Below are positions 27,804 through 41,948 of a stretch of DNA of 64,000 bases, in pieces. The stretch covers positions 868,001 to 932,000 of the forward strand of contig CM022677.1 of NCBI GenBank assembly GCA_012295275.1. The letters are read 5' to 3'. The notes under the pieces are model-generated. The model was not told the origin of the DNA. It did no database searches and saw nothing but the letters and a program-made list of their open reading frames with translations. The stretch comes from Chrysomallon squamiferum (taxonomy: Eukaryota > Animalia > Mollusca). Positions within the stretch are counted from its first letter, which is position 1. Each line of letters opens with the position of its first letter. The position numbers and the translations under genes are program-made.

Positions 27804-29124
27804 TTCTGTGTGCGTGCGCGCGCGCGCTTTCAACATGACTATAACCACTGCTTATCAGATTTGTCACATCTGCCTGCCTACCTGTCTTATTATTTTTATT
27901 CTATATTTATCTACATATCCACAAATATCATTTTAATGTAAATTCTAGTAATTTATCAGCCGTCATCATACCTACCATTCTAAATACCAACGTACCAATA
28001 TTCCCTTACAAACATACATTCGGCTATGAATTGCAAATCTGTCTATATATCGATCTATATAATCTCTCCCTGTCAGTCTGTCTCTCTGTAGGTATTCCAA
28101 AGTGCTCTATTTTTTGGCCTGCCCAACTGTTTCAACTTATTTCTACTGATGCTTGTATCTTTATCATTATGTTTATTTCACGAATGTTACAAAAATATCT
28201 TTGATTATGTTTCTGCAAGTGTGTATCGGTTATAAATAATAATAAAATAATTATATTTATAATAGATGAAGTTATGAATTTTCAAAGATACATACATATA
28301 TATATCTATATATATATATATCAAATTAATGATTTTGCCAACTTTATATGTAAATAAATGTTAGCAGAGTTTGGAAGACACAGTTGACATATTACAAAAC
28401 GAGCCTATAAAACGTTTTCTTCAAAATGGCAATATTAAAAAATCCAAAACTTTGGAACAATTTGACTGACAATTTCAAATATTTTGTTTCTGAAATCAGG
28501 ATAAAAAGTTACTCAACCTTGTATTTCCTAAACTGAAAATCACATTTCATACCTAACAACTCCTCCAACAACAAAAAGCAACGAGAACAATAATATAGAT
28601 AAAGAAAAAGTAACACTGATAATAACAATACTTGAAATATAAATATAAGTTTTAAAATCTATGACACAATAAAACCCCCAAAACTTAAAAATATATAAAT
28701 AAAATAATAAATTTTATGATATGAAATCACATCACATATAAACCTTAAATATGTGTGTGTGCGTTTGATAATATATTTTAATTTATTTTGAATGCTTTTT
28801 TAAAATCACCATCCACAAACAATTTAAACCCTGTACACACGTCATTTTAGACGCGAAACTCACATTATGTAATAAATTCATGCAAAGTTCCAAGCTATAT
28901 GTTCATTGTGTGAACATTAGCCCTGGTTGTGAAATCCTTGTGCAAAGATTAACGTTAGTAAAACAAACAGATAAAACGTACAGGTGAAAAAAAAAATGTA
29001 CTGCCATTAAAAAATAAAATAAAAGTAGAAATAATTCTAACAACAGAAATAAAAATAATAGATATTTTTGGATTATATATAATTTAGTTTTCTCCTACAA
29101 TATTATTGCAGTTATCAATACGAA

Positions 29125-29919
29125 ATGGGAAAAGTAAGAGCGTCCAAGAAACGGAAAGCACAGGATGATGGGTGCCCGGAGAAGCCTCCAAAAGGGCGAA
29201 AGATTTCCGAACGTGACCCTGGAGAAACATCACGTAGAGGACCAGGGACATCAACATCTAGGAAACGGAAAGCACAGGATGATGGGTGCCCAAAGAAGCC
29301 TCCAAAAGGGCGAAAGATTTCCGAACGTGACCCTGGAGAAACATCACGTAGAGGACCAGGGACATCAACATCTAGGAAACGGAAAGCACAGGATGATGGG
29401 TGCCCAAAGAAGCCTCCAAAGGGGCGAAAGATTTCCGAACGTGACCCTGTAAAAGCAGCATGTGGAGAAAGACCAGGGATGTCAACATCACCATCACCCA
29501 GCACTGCTGAATCAACACAACAGCCTGAATCAGATAAGTCACCTACTTGTTCTTTGTGTTCAGAAGAATTTTTAGATAAGTGTCATGCAGACTCATGTTT
29601 ACATGAATTTTGTTTCAGCTGTTTGGAGAGATGGTCTAGAAGCAGAAGAAACTGTCCAGTTTGCTCTGCAAGATTCACCGCCATCGTGTACAACTTAAGA
29701 GATGGAAACTGCGAGATGTGCACATTGCCACCTCTCAGAGTCAAAAGAGTCAGAAGAGTCAGAAGACATTCTGCAGCTGGATTCATCAGACGTATATTTG
29801 CGTTCATCGGTCGTATATTTACGTATTTTAGTCGTATATTTAGTTCTTTGTTGTGGAAAATCTTATTTGTTCTAATCGAATTTTGTCTTCTGATAGGTCG
29901 TTTACTAGGATATGCGTAA
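29125..29919 (+). CDS. Topors-like C3HC4 RING-finger protein (putative E3 ligase) with N-terminal 38-aa basic repeats and a hydrophobic C-terminal tail
   Basis: 264-aa ORF. CSLC..CLHEFCFSCLERWSRSRRNCPVC..FTAIVYN resembles the Topors/ICP0-type RING. Splice acceptor 13 nt upstream of the ATG; C-terminus LLWKILFVLIEFCLLIGRLLGYA. Confidence 0.75.
   Translation: MGKVRASKKRKAQDDGCPEKPPKGRKISERDPGETSRRGPGTSTSRKRKAQDDGCPKKPPKGRKISERDPGETSRRGPGTSTSRKRKAQDDGCPKKPPKGRKISERDPVKAACGERPGMSTSPSPSTAESTQQPESDKSPTCSLCSEEFLDKCHADSCLHEFCFSCLERWSRSRRNCPVCSARFTAIVYNLRDGNCEMCTLPPLRVKRVRRVRRHSAAGFIRRIFAFIGRIFTYFSRIFSSLLWKILFVLIEFCLLIGRLLGYA
29146..29448 (+). repeat. Coding tandem repeat, 114-bp unit x about 2.7 (RKRKAQDDGCPKKPPKGRKISERDPGETSRRGPGTSTS)
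   Basis: Near-identical units visible in both DNA and translation. Confidence 0.95.
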
Positions 29920-30554
29920 TATTAGAAACCTTACAACGTTACTCTAGGTGTATTGCTTTAACTTCAGCTGGCATCCTTTTGTCATTTTTTTATTTTATGA
30001 TGATGATAGTAACAGTAATAGATACAGACATTTGTTTGTAAAATATGTATTTGAACTTGATAATATCTGCAGTGATAATAACATTCTGTCCCTTTTGCCC
30101 CAGCATATCAGTGCTATAGGAGATTGTGTTGATGATGTTGACGTGAAGCTGGTTATGCTCTTTGCAGCTCTATAACCCTTGAGAGGTGGGCTCAGGTTGG
30201 TATTGTTTTTTAATTAATGAGTACTAACATGCAACCAAAATACTAACAATTAACATGAATACTAACCATTAACCAGGTAGTAAACTTTATATAGAGACAG
30301 ACACATACATCCATACAGACACATACGAATATCCATACAGACAGAACACACACAGAACTACACTAACATATATACAAACATATATACACTCACACACAGA
30401 AACATATTAACATTTAACAAATACTAACCTTAACCAATTAGTTACAATTACTAATAATTACCACATACTTATCTGAATACGTGTATAAACACAAACACAC
30501 ACACACATCAACACACACACACATTCACATACGTACATATTATTTTATAATTAA

Positions 30555-30895
30555 AACAAATTCTAACCATTAACCAAATACTAAAATTTAACAAATACTA
30601 ACTATTAACCAAATACTAACATTTAACAAATACTAACCATTAACCAAATACTAATGTTTAACAAATACTAACCATTAACAAAATATTAACAATTAACCAA
30701 ATACTAACATTTAACAAATACTAACCATTAACCAAATACTAATATTTAACAAATACTAACTATTAACAAAATACTAACCATTAACCAAATACTAATTTTT
30801 AACAAATACTAACCATTAAGCAAATACTAACATTTAACAAATAGTAACTATTAACAAAATACTAACATTTAACAAATACTAACCATTACTAACAT
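30555..30895. repeat. ~17-18-bp minisatellite (AAC(A/C)AAATACTAAC(C)ATT) with a ~35-bp dimer periodicity
   Basis: About 19 successive AAATACTAAC-containing units. Confidence 0.9.
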
Positions 30896-31446
30896 CCCCT
30901 ACGTGTACTGAACCTCACCGTGGTGTAGGGGTGGCAACATTTCCAAAGGGAATGGCTAATTAGTACATTAATATAATAACATTTAATTGGTTAGAGAGAT
31001 AGACAGATTGATAGATTATGATAAATAGATTTACCTACATAGGGTATTGCTATTTTTTCTAATTTTGAATACAGTGCTCTTGCTTTGAAAGCCCTTTCTA
31101 TATACAGACAGACAGACAGACCAACAGAGTATAGACAAGTGTATGTACTTAAGAATAAGTTATGTCACTCCCCAGATTACTCTAATTAGATGGATTATTT
31201 CATTTTACCAGATATTAATTGATAATTAAGTATGACAGGTTCTGTAATTAATGTGCTCTTTAACACAAACTGTTACAGACAACTTTTTATCTTATCATAT
31301 TTACTTCTTATCAATAGATGAATGACTATGTTTTCAGTGTAGATTTCCAGATTAATGTTCTCTTCATAAACAATACCAGAAATCTCTAGTCTCTCATTAA
31401 CAATTTATTGGTACCTCCAGTCATGCCGTAACTCCATATATTCCTC

Positions 31447-31646
31447 NNNNNNNNNNNNNNNNNNNNNNNNNNNNNNNNNNNNNNNNNNNNNNNNNNNNNN
31501 NNNNNNNNNNNNNNNNNNNNNNNNNNNNNNNNNNNNNNNNNNNNNNNNNNNNNNNNNNNNNNNNNNNNNNNNNNNNNNNNNNNNNNNNNNNNNNNNNNNN
31601 NNNNNNNNNNNNNNNNNNNNNNNNNNNNNNNNNNNNNNNNNNNNNN
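31447..31646. other. Assembly gap (200 N)
   Basis: Run of exactly 200 N, typical of a fixed-size scaffolding gap. Confidence 1.
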
Positions 31647-34600
31647 AAACTCTCCTTTTCTTAGCAATCCCACAACTAATAATACTAAATCAAACAGCAC
31701 CTCTATACATTCTTGCCTGCGTCTATTTTTAGATGACGCTGCAATCGGTAGCTCCGCCCACTTGGCTGAATTCTTATAACAACTCGCCACTTGTAGACAA
31801 CATCTGATAGATAAACAGCTCAAGTTTAAATGTTAGTCACTGAAGCTTCATAACAGAATAGTTACAAACAAAACATTGTTGTTACAGTAAATGCACAAGT
31901 GATTAAAACACGAGAAAACACCGATATGCATTTCCCAAACATGTTGTCTCATTCTTTAAGTGTCACCTGATGTTTTCTTCTAAGAGTCTTGTGTGTAAGA
32001 GTTGTCTTCAGTTGGAAAGCTTGAGATGAATGATTTAATTAGAGCATTTTCTTCATTTGATCAGTTATGTTTTGTTTTTATTTTGAAATATTTTTACATT
32101 ACAAAATATGTTATCAAAATAAAAACTTAGTGAAGCTGTGTTCATCATAATTAGTAAGTACTGTATACTAGTTATTACTAAGATATATGATAGATTTATT
32201 TTGATAGTGTCTCACTTTTATTGACATGAATTTCTGTTTTAAAGACTGATCATAGGTTCTTTAATGTTTAAGTCATTCTTCTAATTATTGGCTTTTTGAT
32301 GTTTAAATATTTATTTTTAATTCTTTCAATATTTTGTTAAAATATTTAAAATCATTTTTGATAATTTAAAATTTTATTTTTTCAATTTCTTTTTGTTCTT
32401 ATTATTTTAAAAGTTTAACTACACTTTCTTGTTATTATTTTATTCTTACTTATACTGTAAACAGAAAGTACTACTATTATATCATGATCAATATTAGAAT
32501 TATGCAAGTGCCTGTTCTCATTATTATTATAATTATTATTATTAGCAGTAGTAATAGTAGTAGTAGCAGTAGTAGTAGTAGTATTAAAATAATAATGTAG
32601 TATTATTATAATCTGTAAAATCACTTTGTGGAAAGACTTTGTAGATGACAGACAAAGTTTGTTTTCACAGCAAGTCACTAAATACATTTTTTATTATTTG
32701 TTCAAGTTCTGAAATGCAGATAACTGTTGGTTTTCATTAACAAATGTTTGTTTAAAACTTAATATTGACTTAAATTTCTTTTTAAAGTTTTATTCTGGAG
32801 CACAAAGAAAAAAGATTTGAAATAAAAATCAATAGTAATCACTAATCACAGATGTTAAAAATTATTAAACTTTGTATTTCTCATTTGATTTAATGATAAG
32901 AGGTCATTTTTTAAAAATATTTTCATTTATAGTTTTTATTAACAGTTCTTGAATGCTAAAGTCTTGCTTAGCTTTGTTTTTTAGAAAAGAGTAAATGTAA
33001 GCAGTGTTATCAGTAATTTTTTATTAGTTCAGTCTGAAAAATACCAGGATTTTAAAATCAGTTAAAGTGTATTCACTGAATTTTCTAGAAACAAGAAGGA
33101 CAAAGTTTATTAGTAAATGTGGCTTTGTAACATTAACATAAATACTGTTTTAAATTTAGTGCCACAAAAGGAAGATCAGTTTGATTCACTGTTTACATAT
33201 AAAAATGTGTTAAATTACATCAAAGTGTAAGATAACTTGTAACACAAGACATAAACACAATACTCTCCTAACAAAGTTTTAACAAAAAACTTTTCTATTT
33301 TCTCATGTTGTATAAAAAAACTGAAATCAGATTGCAAATGGATGATATGTTGTTTGTTTCCTGCTGAAAACATTGAAGCAACCATCAGTTCAGGTTTTGT
33401 TAACTTGCTAGTATTTATTCATTTTCTCTCTGCAAAAATCTTGGTTTTGCACACTGTCTGCTGATAGACATTATGTTATAGAATGACAGCTAGTCTCTGT
33501 TTTTCTGTATTAAATGACTTATCTTTTTGTTTGCACAATGGATCTGATGAAATCTCTTCTATTAATTTCACTTTAAAATGCATTGTCATCTTTTAGATCA
33601 CTCTGACCATTATGAACAACAATAAACAACACAAAATGTGCTCACATGTATTTATGCAGATTCTACTTTTCACACTAAATGTAAATGAGTGAATTTACTT
33701 AAGTATCACAACACAATGAAAATAGTCTCATTCATCTAGCAGCAGGTATTATTACAAGACATGGGATCATTGTTTATTAATCCTTCAAAGAACTGTGATC
33801 ATTTCTTCTGATTGTGGTCTATTTACATGCAAACTGCTGCCATTGTTTAACAAGTGAAACTACTTCTAAAATTGAGTTCCTGCAGATACATAGCTGATAT
33901 GTATACGTTCTTTTGCTGTGGAATTTTCACTCGAAATCAGAAGGTAGTGCATATGTCATGGTGACTAGTCTGAATGGTATTAGTACCTGAAAGGGCAGCA
34001 GACTATAATAGCATCACGTCACATGGTGTTAATTATCTCAGACAGCTTAACTATTAAATGACTATTCTGTATCCACAAGAGAACAATACCACAAACACGA
34101 ATTCAGTATGGATAATTGTTTTATATATATATATATGTATATGCTGTTTACACAAATTAACCCTCAAGGGTAATATATGGTTACATAGTTAAATCGCACG
34201 ATTCGACGATACGTTATCAAAGCAAATAGCGTTGACAAATAATACAAAACTAATTCAGCCCAGTTGGTTACTTGATCTTTCTAAATAATATTTTAATTAT
34301 TAAAATACGTTATCTTTGTTCTTATAAATGTAATAGAATAACACTATGAAAAATTCAACAGTAATAGATTTAGGCTCTGCTATTTAGTTTTTGTGTATTT
34401 AACCCTATTTTCTGTCAATAATTTTGTAAAGAGTTAAGGACTGTAAAAATATAAATTATAAACATGATTTTACAACATAACTAAATAAATATTATCGTAA
34501 TATAATAAGATATTTAAGATAAAATGTAGCAGACATTCTGCTTTAAGTAGCATATAAAAATAAAGATTTAGTGAGTATTCTATAATTCACTTCAAAGAAA

Positions 34601-36112
34601 ACAAAATTACAATTAAAAACAAGTCTGCCAAAGAGGCACTAATGAGGTTGTCACACCGTACCAAGCTGATTAGCAGTGAAAGTTTTTTATATTTTACTTT
34701 TTTTAAATATAGCTGCATAGAAAATACTATCTTTACTGATGAAATACGACACAAAATAAAAACTGGTTTGCTTTATGACTGTAGATGAATGAAACTGGCT
34801 GATGGTATAAATCGGGTAATTTTACAATGCGTATTAATTAGAGTATGTTTAAATACTGCTGTTCACAAATGTGTTATGATGGTTCACTGTGGAGTGTTAT
34901 CAAGAGACGACTGTCACGTGGTCACACCTTTAAACACCTTGGATGTTTTATTAAGGCTCAGTGTACGGTAACAAGGTGCTTTAATGGCCACCTAACAAGG
35001 AGTATAAACGCTAAAATGACAGCAAACTATATAAATCAGTAAGTCTACCTATCCATTATACAAGCTAAGGTTTACATTAATTATTTAATTATAATATACA
35101 GGTGACTTGATAATAATACATTATAAAACATACGTTTAAATCATTTTGATTAATGACACGAGTAAGGTTATAAAGAGAACCAAGACAAAATAAGAATCTG
35201 CACTGAGGACAGATTAAAACCTTAAATTTTTGGGTACACTAAATGTTATTGATACAGGTTAATTGCACATTACACGCTATCAAAATAAGAACAGACAATT
35301 GCTTACCATACTCGTCCGTAAAGAAAATGTCATTCGAAAACATTTGGTTTCCCCGCCTGACTGAATTCTCGTCTTCGCCGTTTCCTTCGCTTACTTCTCT
35401 CCTTAATTACTAAAACCCAGCCTTTTTTAATAACAACGCCATGGAGTTGAAAAATTTGCGGAAACAATAAAAAGAGCGATGTGATTGTAGTAATAATTAA
35501 AGTTAAGCAATTTCAATTCCATAGCTTAAAATAAAAGAGCGGATGTGATTTGAAGTAACAATTAAAGTTACGCAATCTGAATTCCGTGACACTATATCAA
35601 CATTATGACAGAAATTTGGTAGTAAATAACTAACTGTTAGTATATACGTTTACTAATAAGACTGCAAACAGAGTGGGAAAAAACACCCAGATACTGTTTC
35701 CTTTAATTTTGACAATTGTTTTCTTTCTTTTTTTAAACTACGCAGGATTTGATGACATTCTACACAGACAACCCAGCACATAAATAATTTTTATTATTAA
35801 TAACCATCTACTTTCTCTGTTCAAGAAATTAAATTTTAATAATATCTTCCTGTAAAATGATGTCATTCCAGATTTTTTGTTTTTTCAATTTGTTCCTTAT
35901 TATTATTTATTATCTTTGTTGTTGTTTGTTCCATTTAACTCGTTTCGATAATCCATTTGGTGTCCAAAAGTTGTTACAAAATATTGATAAAGTCTCAAGA
36001 AAAAAAAAAAGCAGGAAGCTCAAATCTGCGACGAGGGCATTTTACATAACCAATAAACTAATGTTTACAAATCTATGTAATTTTTACACACATACAGACA
36101 AACAGTGAAATA

Positions 36113-36984
36113 CCGTATATACTTGTGTATAAGTCGAATATTTGGGAGACTATATCAAAGGTAATATTTTGGGGGTCGACTTATACATAGGTAATGCTTT
36201 TGTAGCTGTTGCTGAAGAGTCGCCATTTTGACTATTTTTTTGCTACGGGATGCATCTAAAATAATCGCGGTCTTTCAGCTTTTCAAAAATATAATTTTAT
36301 CGCATAAAAATTTTTGAAACATTAAATAACAAAACCAAATATGAATGTAGAACATGATATTCTTCCGTTTAATGACATAAAAATACATTTTAAAGCGAGA
36401 AAACCGTCAGTACGGCGTTATGCCTTACGGCGTCTTGCAATGATCTAGGAATGCAGACTTCTCTGCCAAATTGCACTAAATATCGGTCCTAATTTCATAA
36501 ACAAAACTCACTTGTGTAATTGTAAAGAATTTGGTGAAATAATATTGCAATCGTCATTAATATCCACTACCGACAAATCGAAAACAAACTAAATTTCTAT
36601 AAACGTTCTGCAACAAAAATCAGTTCAACTTCTCACCATATTTGTTATTCTAGTCAGTTGCCAAGTGCGCGAAGCCTCGGCCAATTAGCGCGCTAGGAAT
36701 AGGATCGGGGGCGTGTCTTGTAGCAGAGTTTCGATAGAAAAAAATATTGCTGAGGTTCCGAAATTATCTTACTTTGAATTGCACGTGCAAGTTACAGCTC
36801 GTGCAAGTTATGTTACAGTAGGCGTACAATGTAGGCCTTCGTGGCACTGTCACACTGGTCTAAAAATAGTGCCTGGAATCTACAGTGGACTTATACACAA
36901 GTAATACCTATAATGACGCAATTTTTGGTCTTAAAATACACATCGATTTATACATAAGGTCGTCTTGTACACAAATATATACGG
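36113..36984. mobile_element. 872-bp non-autonomous Tc1/mariner-superfamily element (Tc2/pogo-like MITE) with TA target-site duplication
   Basis: TIRs CCGTATATACTTGTGTATAAGTCGA and TCGTCTTGTACACAAATATATACGG, flanked by TA at 36111-36112 and 36985-36986. The paralogous site at ~41738 is empty (AGTGAAA-TA-CCTAAATGG). Confidence 0.92.
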
Positions 36985-36987
36985 TAC

Positions 36988-37129
36988 CTAAATGGAGAAG
37001 TTCTGATATCATGACAACATCATGTGTATATCGTCTGCTGGGCTGCGAGAGAATTACAACTTTTGTGTTTTCCAGATCTGGTATCAAATGAAGTGGGATC
37101 AGCTCTACTCCATCTTAATATGTGCCAAA

Positions 37130-37172
<43 letters not shown>

Positions 37173-37988
37173 ATATGTAACAAAATGAATACAAGAAAAT
37201 GAAATTTAAAAGAAAAATTGTATGACTCTACTTTACAAGAGTATTTATAAATAATGTCAGTTTTGGGATAAAATATATAGAAACATTTCTATATAATATA
37301 TTATCAATAGGACTGCAAATAAATATGTATTTTTTATGTACTGTACGTTTCGAAAACGGCATATTGTGGGTCCTCAGTCTTTTGTGAGACTTTGCATGAA
37401 ACGAAAACAGAAATTGGTTTATCAATAACTATATTTTTATACGATAATGTTTTCTATCTGTCAGCATTATTAGTCTATGCTAATTTAAAAAAGAAGTGTT
37501 TATGCTCATTTTTACATGCATGCTATTTCTCACCTCAATGGAAATGCTTCATCGCTTTTTCCGGGTGGACCATAACCGCTTAATCCCGAAATATTCCGAG
37601 CAGAGCCAAATTTATTTACGATGTCTTCCGAAAGTTGGCTAGAAAGATTAGCGGTTACTTTATAACAACAAGGAGGACAGTTGCAATTATCAGTATCTGC
37701 AAAGCCTTCTCCTGTGGGATTTAAATAAAACACAAAGTTATTTAAGTCAGAAATACCATGAGGCGTGCTCAGAAAAAGTATATCGGGCGATAAAGAAAGA
37801 ATCGTCTGATCGACAGTTTTGAAGGCTTCGTGAATTTTGCACGCTTCTTGTTTTGCTGTGTGGTTGGTTGTATTGAAATGTTTCGGATCCAGAGCAATTC
37901 CGCCGTGCGGCAGAACGAACCCGGCCAGTAGTTTGGAGAAAGATAAATCAAGTGATGTGAAAAACACAATCACAATTGCAAAACACAT
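36988..37988 (-). pseudogene. Partial duplicate (exons 1-2 only: 37534-37988 and 36988-37113) of the LigB/MEMO-like gene
   Basis: Exon 1 is nearly identical to 42317-42771. Exon 2 is 126 nt versus 125 nt (frameshift at WGEVIP). The MITE is inserted in the exon-2 donor, and exons 3-4 are not seen downstream. Confidence 0.85.
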
Positions 37989-38969
37989 CTCGACTTTCTA
38001 TTTCGTTCTTAAATCATATGACTCTAGAGTTCCCTGCCCTTCTGTGTTTTTCCTTAAAGAGCAACAATACATCTGAAGGAAATAGTAATTTATTTGTATA
38101 ATGATAATCGATAGGAATTAACAATCTATATTATCGCCTTGTTACTTTATAACAGTTGGTTTTCTGAATTGTCCCAATAGTTAATTTTTTGTTGATGTTG
38201 TTTTTGTTTTTTGTTCTTTTATGTATTTGTTTGTTATTGTCATCATCATCAGCAGCAGCAGCTGCAGCATCATTATTACCATTATTTTCTTGTTATTTGT
38301 ATGGGCAAAGGGCGTGTACATGAAACGTTAAGCGATGCATCACAGTAGTTTGTATCAATACATTGTTTTAGAAAAACGTTCTTTCAAACAGATTTATAGA
38401 AGACTACCTGGTTGCTTTGGAGTAACATCAAAGTTTATTATTACCTTCATCATCATCATTTTATTATTATTATCATCATCATTATTATTATTATTATTGT
38501 CATCATTATTAAAAGTTGATTTGTAAGTGAGAAAATCTGAGGTAATAATGGCGTATTACTTTAGCTCCTTTTCAGCCTCATATTTTTCTTTCGTAATTCA
38601 GCATCATCGAAGCTGTAATAACATGTTGTAGATAACGCTGCATGCGAAACACTGTGTTACCTGTAAGTGTGATAGGCCTGCATCAAAGCTGAACAGGCCT
38701 ACACGTCTACAGACACAGTCAGTGACGAAATCAAAGACAAGTTGTGTTAAAAGAAGTATACAAGTACAGAAGTGTGACCACTGCACATGTAAAATGGAAC
38801 TGAAGTCTGTAGCGAAAAAAACAAAAACGGCTTCCGAGCTAAATATCCATTGTTTTTCTTGTTATTATTTATTATTACCGTCATTATCATCATCATCATC
38901 ATAATTATTATTATAATGTTGTATAATTTTTCTTCATTTCCATATGAAATGTTTTGTTCATTCTTCTTT

Positions 38970-41881
38970 TCATCTCTGAACGAATGATGCTACCATCATA
39001 CCGTAGTAACTTGGGTGATAGTTTGCTAAAACGTTTGGTAACCATGACGACAGCCCGGCAGTTTCTAACAGACCATGTAACATGACTAGACCCGTGTAAC
39101 CACACGACAGCGCGCGATCGACTAGTCCAGCCGCTCTGTTCAACAGCAACATGCCGTCCAGAGTCGCTGCCCACTCACCAACAGCCTGAAATATTCAAAT
39201 AATGGGAACCATCGTGACAGCTGTATTAATGAAACAAAAACAAACTGTGATCAGTTATGTACTAACCACACAAGTCTTTCAGCACTGAAGACAAAACAGT
39301 TGCAGCATGTTCTTTCCTACCCATAACATTAAACATAAATAGTTTTAGAAATTCTCCCAAACGTCAGTTACATTCATTAATTCAAACAAATAAATAAGCC
39401 TATTTAACACCTATTAATCACAAATATAAAAATATGCTCAGGTGCTATTACAAAACATATCTGCTTTGATACTGTTGTGCTGGTGAAATTTTAAAGTGTT
39501 TCTAAAACGTTCAAGCACGACTGACTGGTTGTATTTACATGGTCGAATGGCTCTGATGCGTTGCAGTAGCCGTATGGGTCAGTGCTGAGATGCGTGTGTG
39601 CGAGGTCAGCGCTGATGATGACAACAACACGCTCTGGCGCGTCTTCCAAATACCTGTATAAATCAGCACCTGAAATTGATACACAGACAGGTAAAAGTTT
39701 AATTAATGAAGCAAATACCAACTTGTTATTTAGACAGTTTGCTGTGTGACGTGTTAACGTAAGCTGAATTCAAAGATAATAGCAACAGTTCAAAATTAGA
39801 CATTTGTGAAACTCAAAATGTGCAACTTTCGTCAAATTGAAACATTTTACATAATATTACAAACGTTCATTATGTTGTGATTTGTTCTTTTTTAATCTTA
39901 AGTTAATTTTGGCATTAGAAGGAGTTGGGTGATAACACAAGTTTTCTGAGATGCTAACTTATAGGATTTTAGGTAGTGCCATATGAGTAGTCTGAGTGGA
40001 ATTACTATCTGAAAGGGCAGCAGACTATAATAGCATCACGTGACAAGGTGTTAATTATCTCAGACAGCTTAACTATTAAATGACTATTCTGTATCCACAA
40101 CAGAACAATAACACAAACACGAATTCAGGATGGATAATTGTTTTATATATATATATATATGCTGTTTACACAAATTAACCCTCAAGGGTAATATATAGTT
40201 ACATAGTTAAATCGTACGATTCGACGATACGTTATCAAAGCAAATAGCGTTGACAAATAATACAAAACTAATTCAGCCCAGTTGGTTACTTGATCTTTCT
40301 AAATAATCTTTTAATTATTAAAATACGTTATCTTTGTTTTTATAAATGTAAGTTTCTACCACAGAATAACACTATGAAAAATTCAACAGTAATAGATTTA
40401 GCTATCTTCAATCATTCAAGATGTATGTTACATATACAAAACATTAAAACATAATTACCATTGTCTGCGTTTTCCTTTGTCTTGTGCAGACAAAGACTCT
40501 CAAGAATGGCACTGATCAAAGAGATCTCGTTCAAAACGCGTGTGACTATTTATACACCCATAGCTACACCTCTGCAGATAGCCTTTCTGAATTTACTTTG
40601 AAACTTTTAATACCAATTTTCAGTTACTTAAACCCCAGTGTTTCTTAGTTTATTAAATAACGGAACTTCCCCTAATTATATAAAACAGCTTCTAAATAGC
40701 CCGTGTACATCTGCATACGCTCTATTTATTTATGTATTTAACCCTTTTTCTGTCATTAATTACGTAAATTTTCTATCAAAAATTAAAATTAAAACATGAT
40801 TATACAAGATAGCTAAATAAATATTATCGTAATATAATAAGATTTTAACGACATTCTGTTTAAAATATATAAATTTAGTGAATATTCTAAATTCATGTCT
40901 GGCAAAGAGGCACTTGAGGTTCTCTGACCGTAAAGATTAGCTAAATAATATATTATAGAAAATACAATCTTTACTATTAAATACGACACAAAATGAAAAC
41001 TGGTTTGCTTTTTTGCAGATGAATGAAACTGGCTGATGGTAAAATCGGGTAATTTTACAATGCGTATTAATTAGAGTATGTTTAAATACTGCTGTTCAGA
41101 AAAGTGTGTTATGATGGTTCACTGTGGAGTGTTATAAAGAGACGACTGTCACGGGGTCACACAAACACCTTTGTTTTATTAACTCACCTTTTGAACCTAA
41201 CAAATATAAACGCTAAAATGACAGCAAACTATATAAAATCAATAAGTCTACCTATCCACTATACAAGTTAAGGTTTACATTAATTATTTAATTATGATAT
41301 ACAGGTGACTTGATAATAATACATTATAAAATCATACGTTTAAATCATTTTGATTAATGATACGAGTAAGGTTATAAAGGGAACCAAGACAAAATAAGAA
41401 TCTGCATGAAGGACATTCAAAACCTAAAAATAAATGTTATTGACACAGGTTAATTGAACATTACACCCTATCAAAACAAGAATAGACAACTCCTTACCAT
41501 ACTCGTCCATAAAGAAATGCCAGCACATAAATACTTTTTATTATTAATAACCATCTACTTTATCTCTTCAAGAAAATACATTTGGTAAATCCAAAAGGTT
41601 GTTACAAAATATTGAAAGAATAATTTTTTTTTTTTAAAAGGAAGCTCAAATCTGCGACGAGGGCATTTTACATAACCAATAAACTAATGTTTACAAATCG
41701 TATGTAATTTTTACAGACATACAGACAAACAGTGAAATACCTAAATGGAGAAGTTCTGGTATCATGGCAACATCATGTGTATATCGTCTGCTGGGCTGCG
41801 AGAGAATTACAACTTTTGTGTTTTCCAGATCTGGTATCAAATGAAGTGGGATCACTTCTCCCCATCTTAATATGTGCCAAA

Positions 41882-41948
<67 letters not shown>

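Larger units (their letters stand above)
33943..38121. repeat. Segmental duplicate (copy A) of 39971-42904
   Basis: Colinear high identity from AGGTAGTGC..CTGAAAGGGCAGCAGACTATAATAGC to ATGATAATCGATAGGAATTAA, with several indels. Confidence 0.92.

Noticed and set aside
30895-30955. CCCCTAC...GTAGGGG hairpin resembling a LINE 5' end or ribozyme
   Set aside because: Too short, and no adjoining retroelement sequence supports a call.
31386-31823. 145-aa ORF on the minus strand
   Set aside because: It spans the 200-N gap and is artificial.
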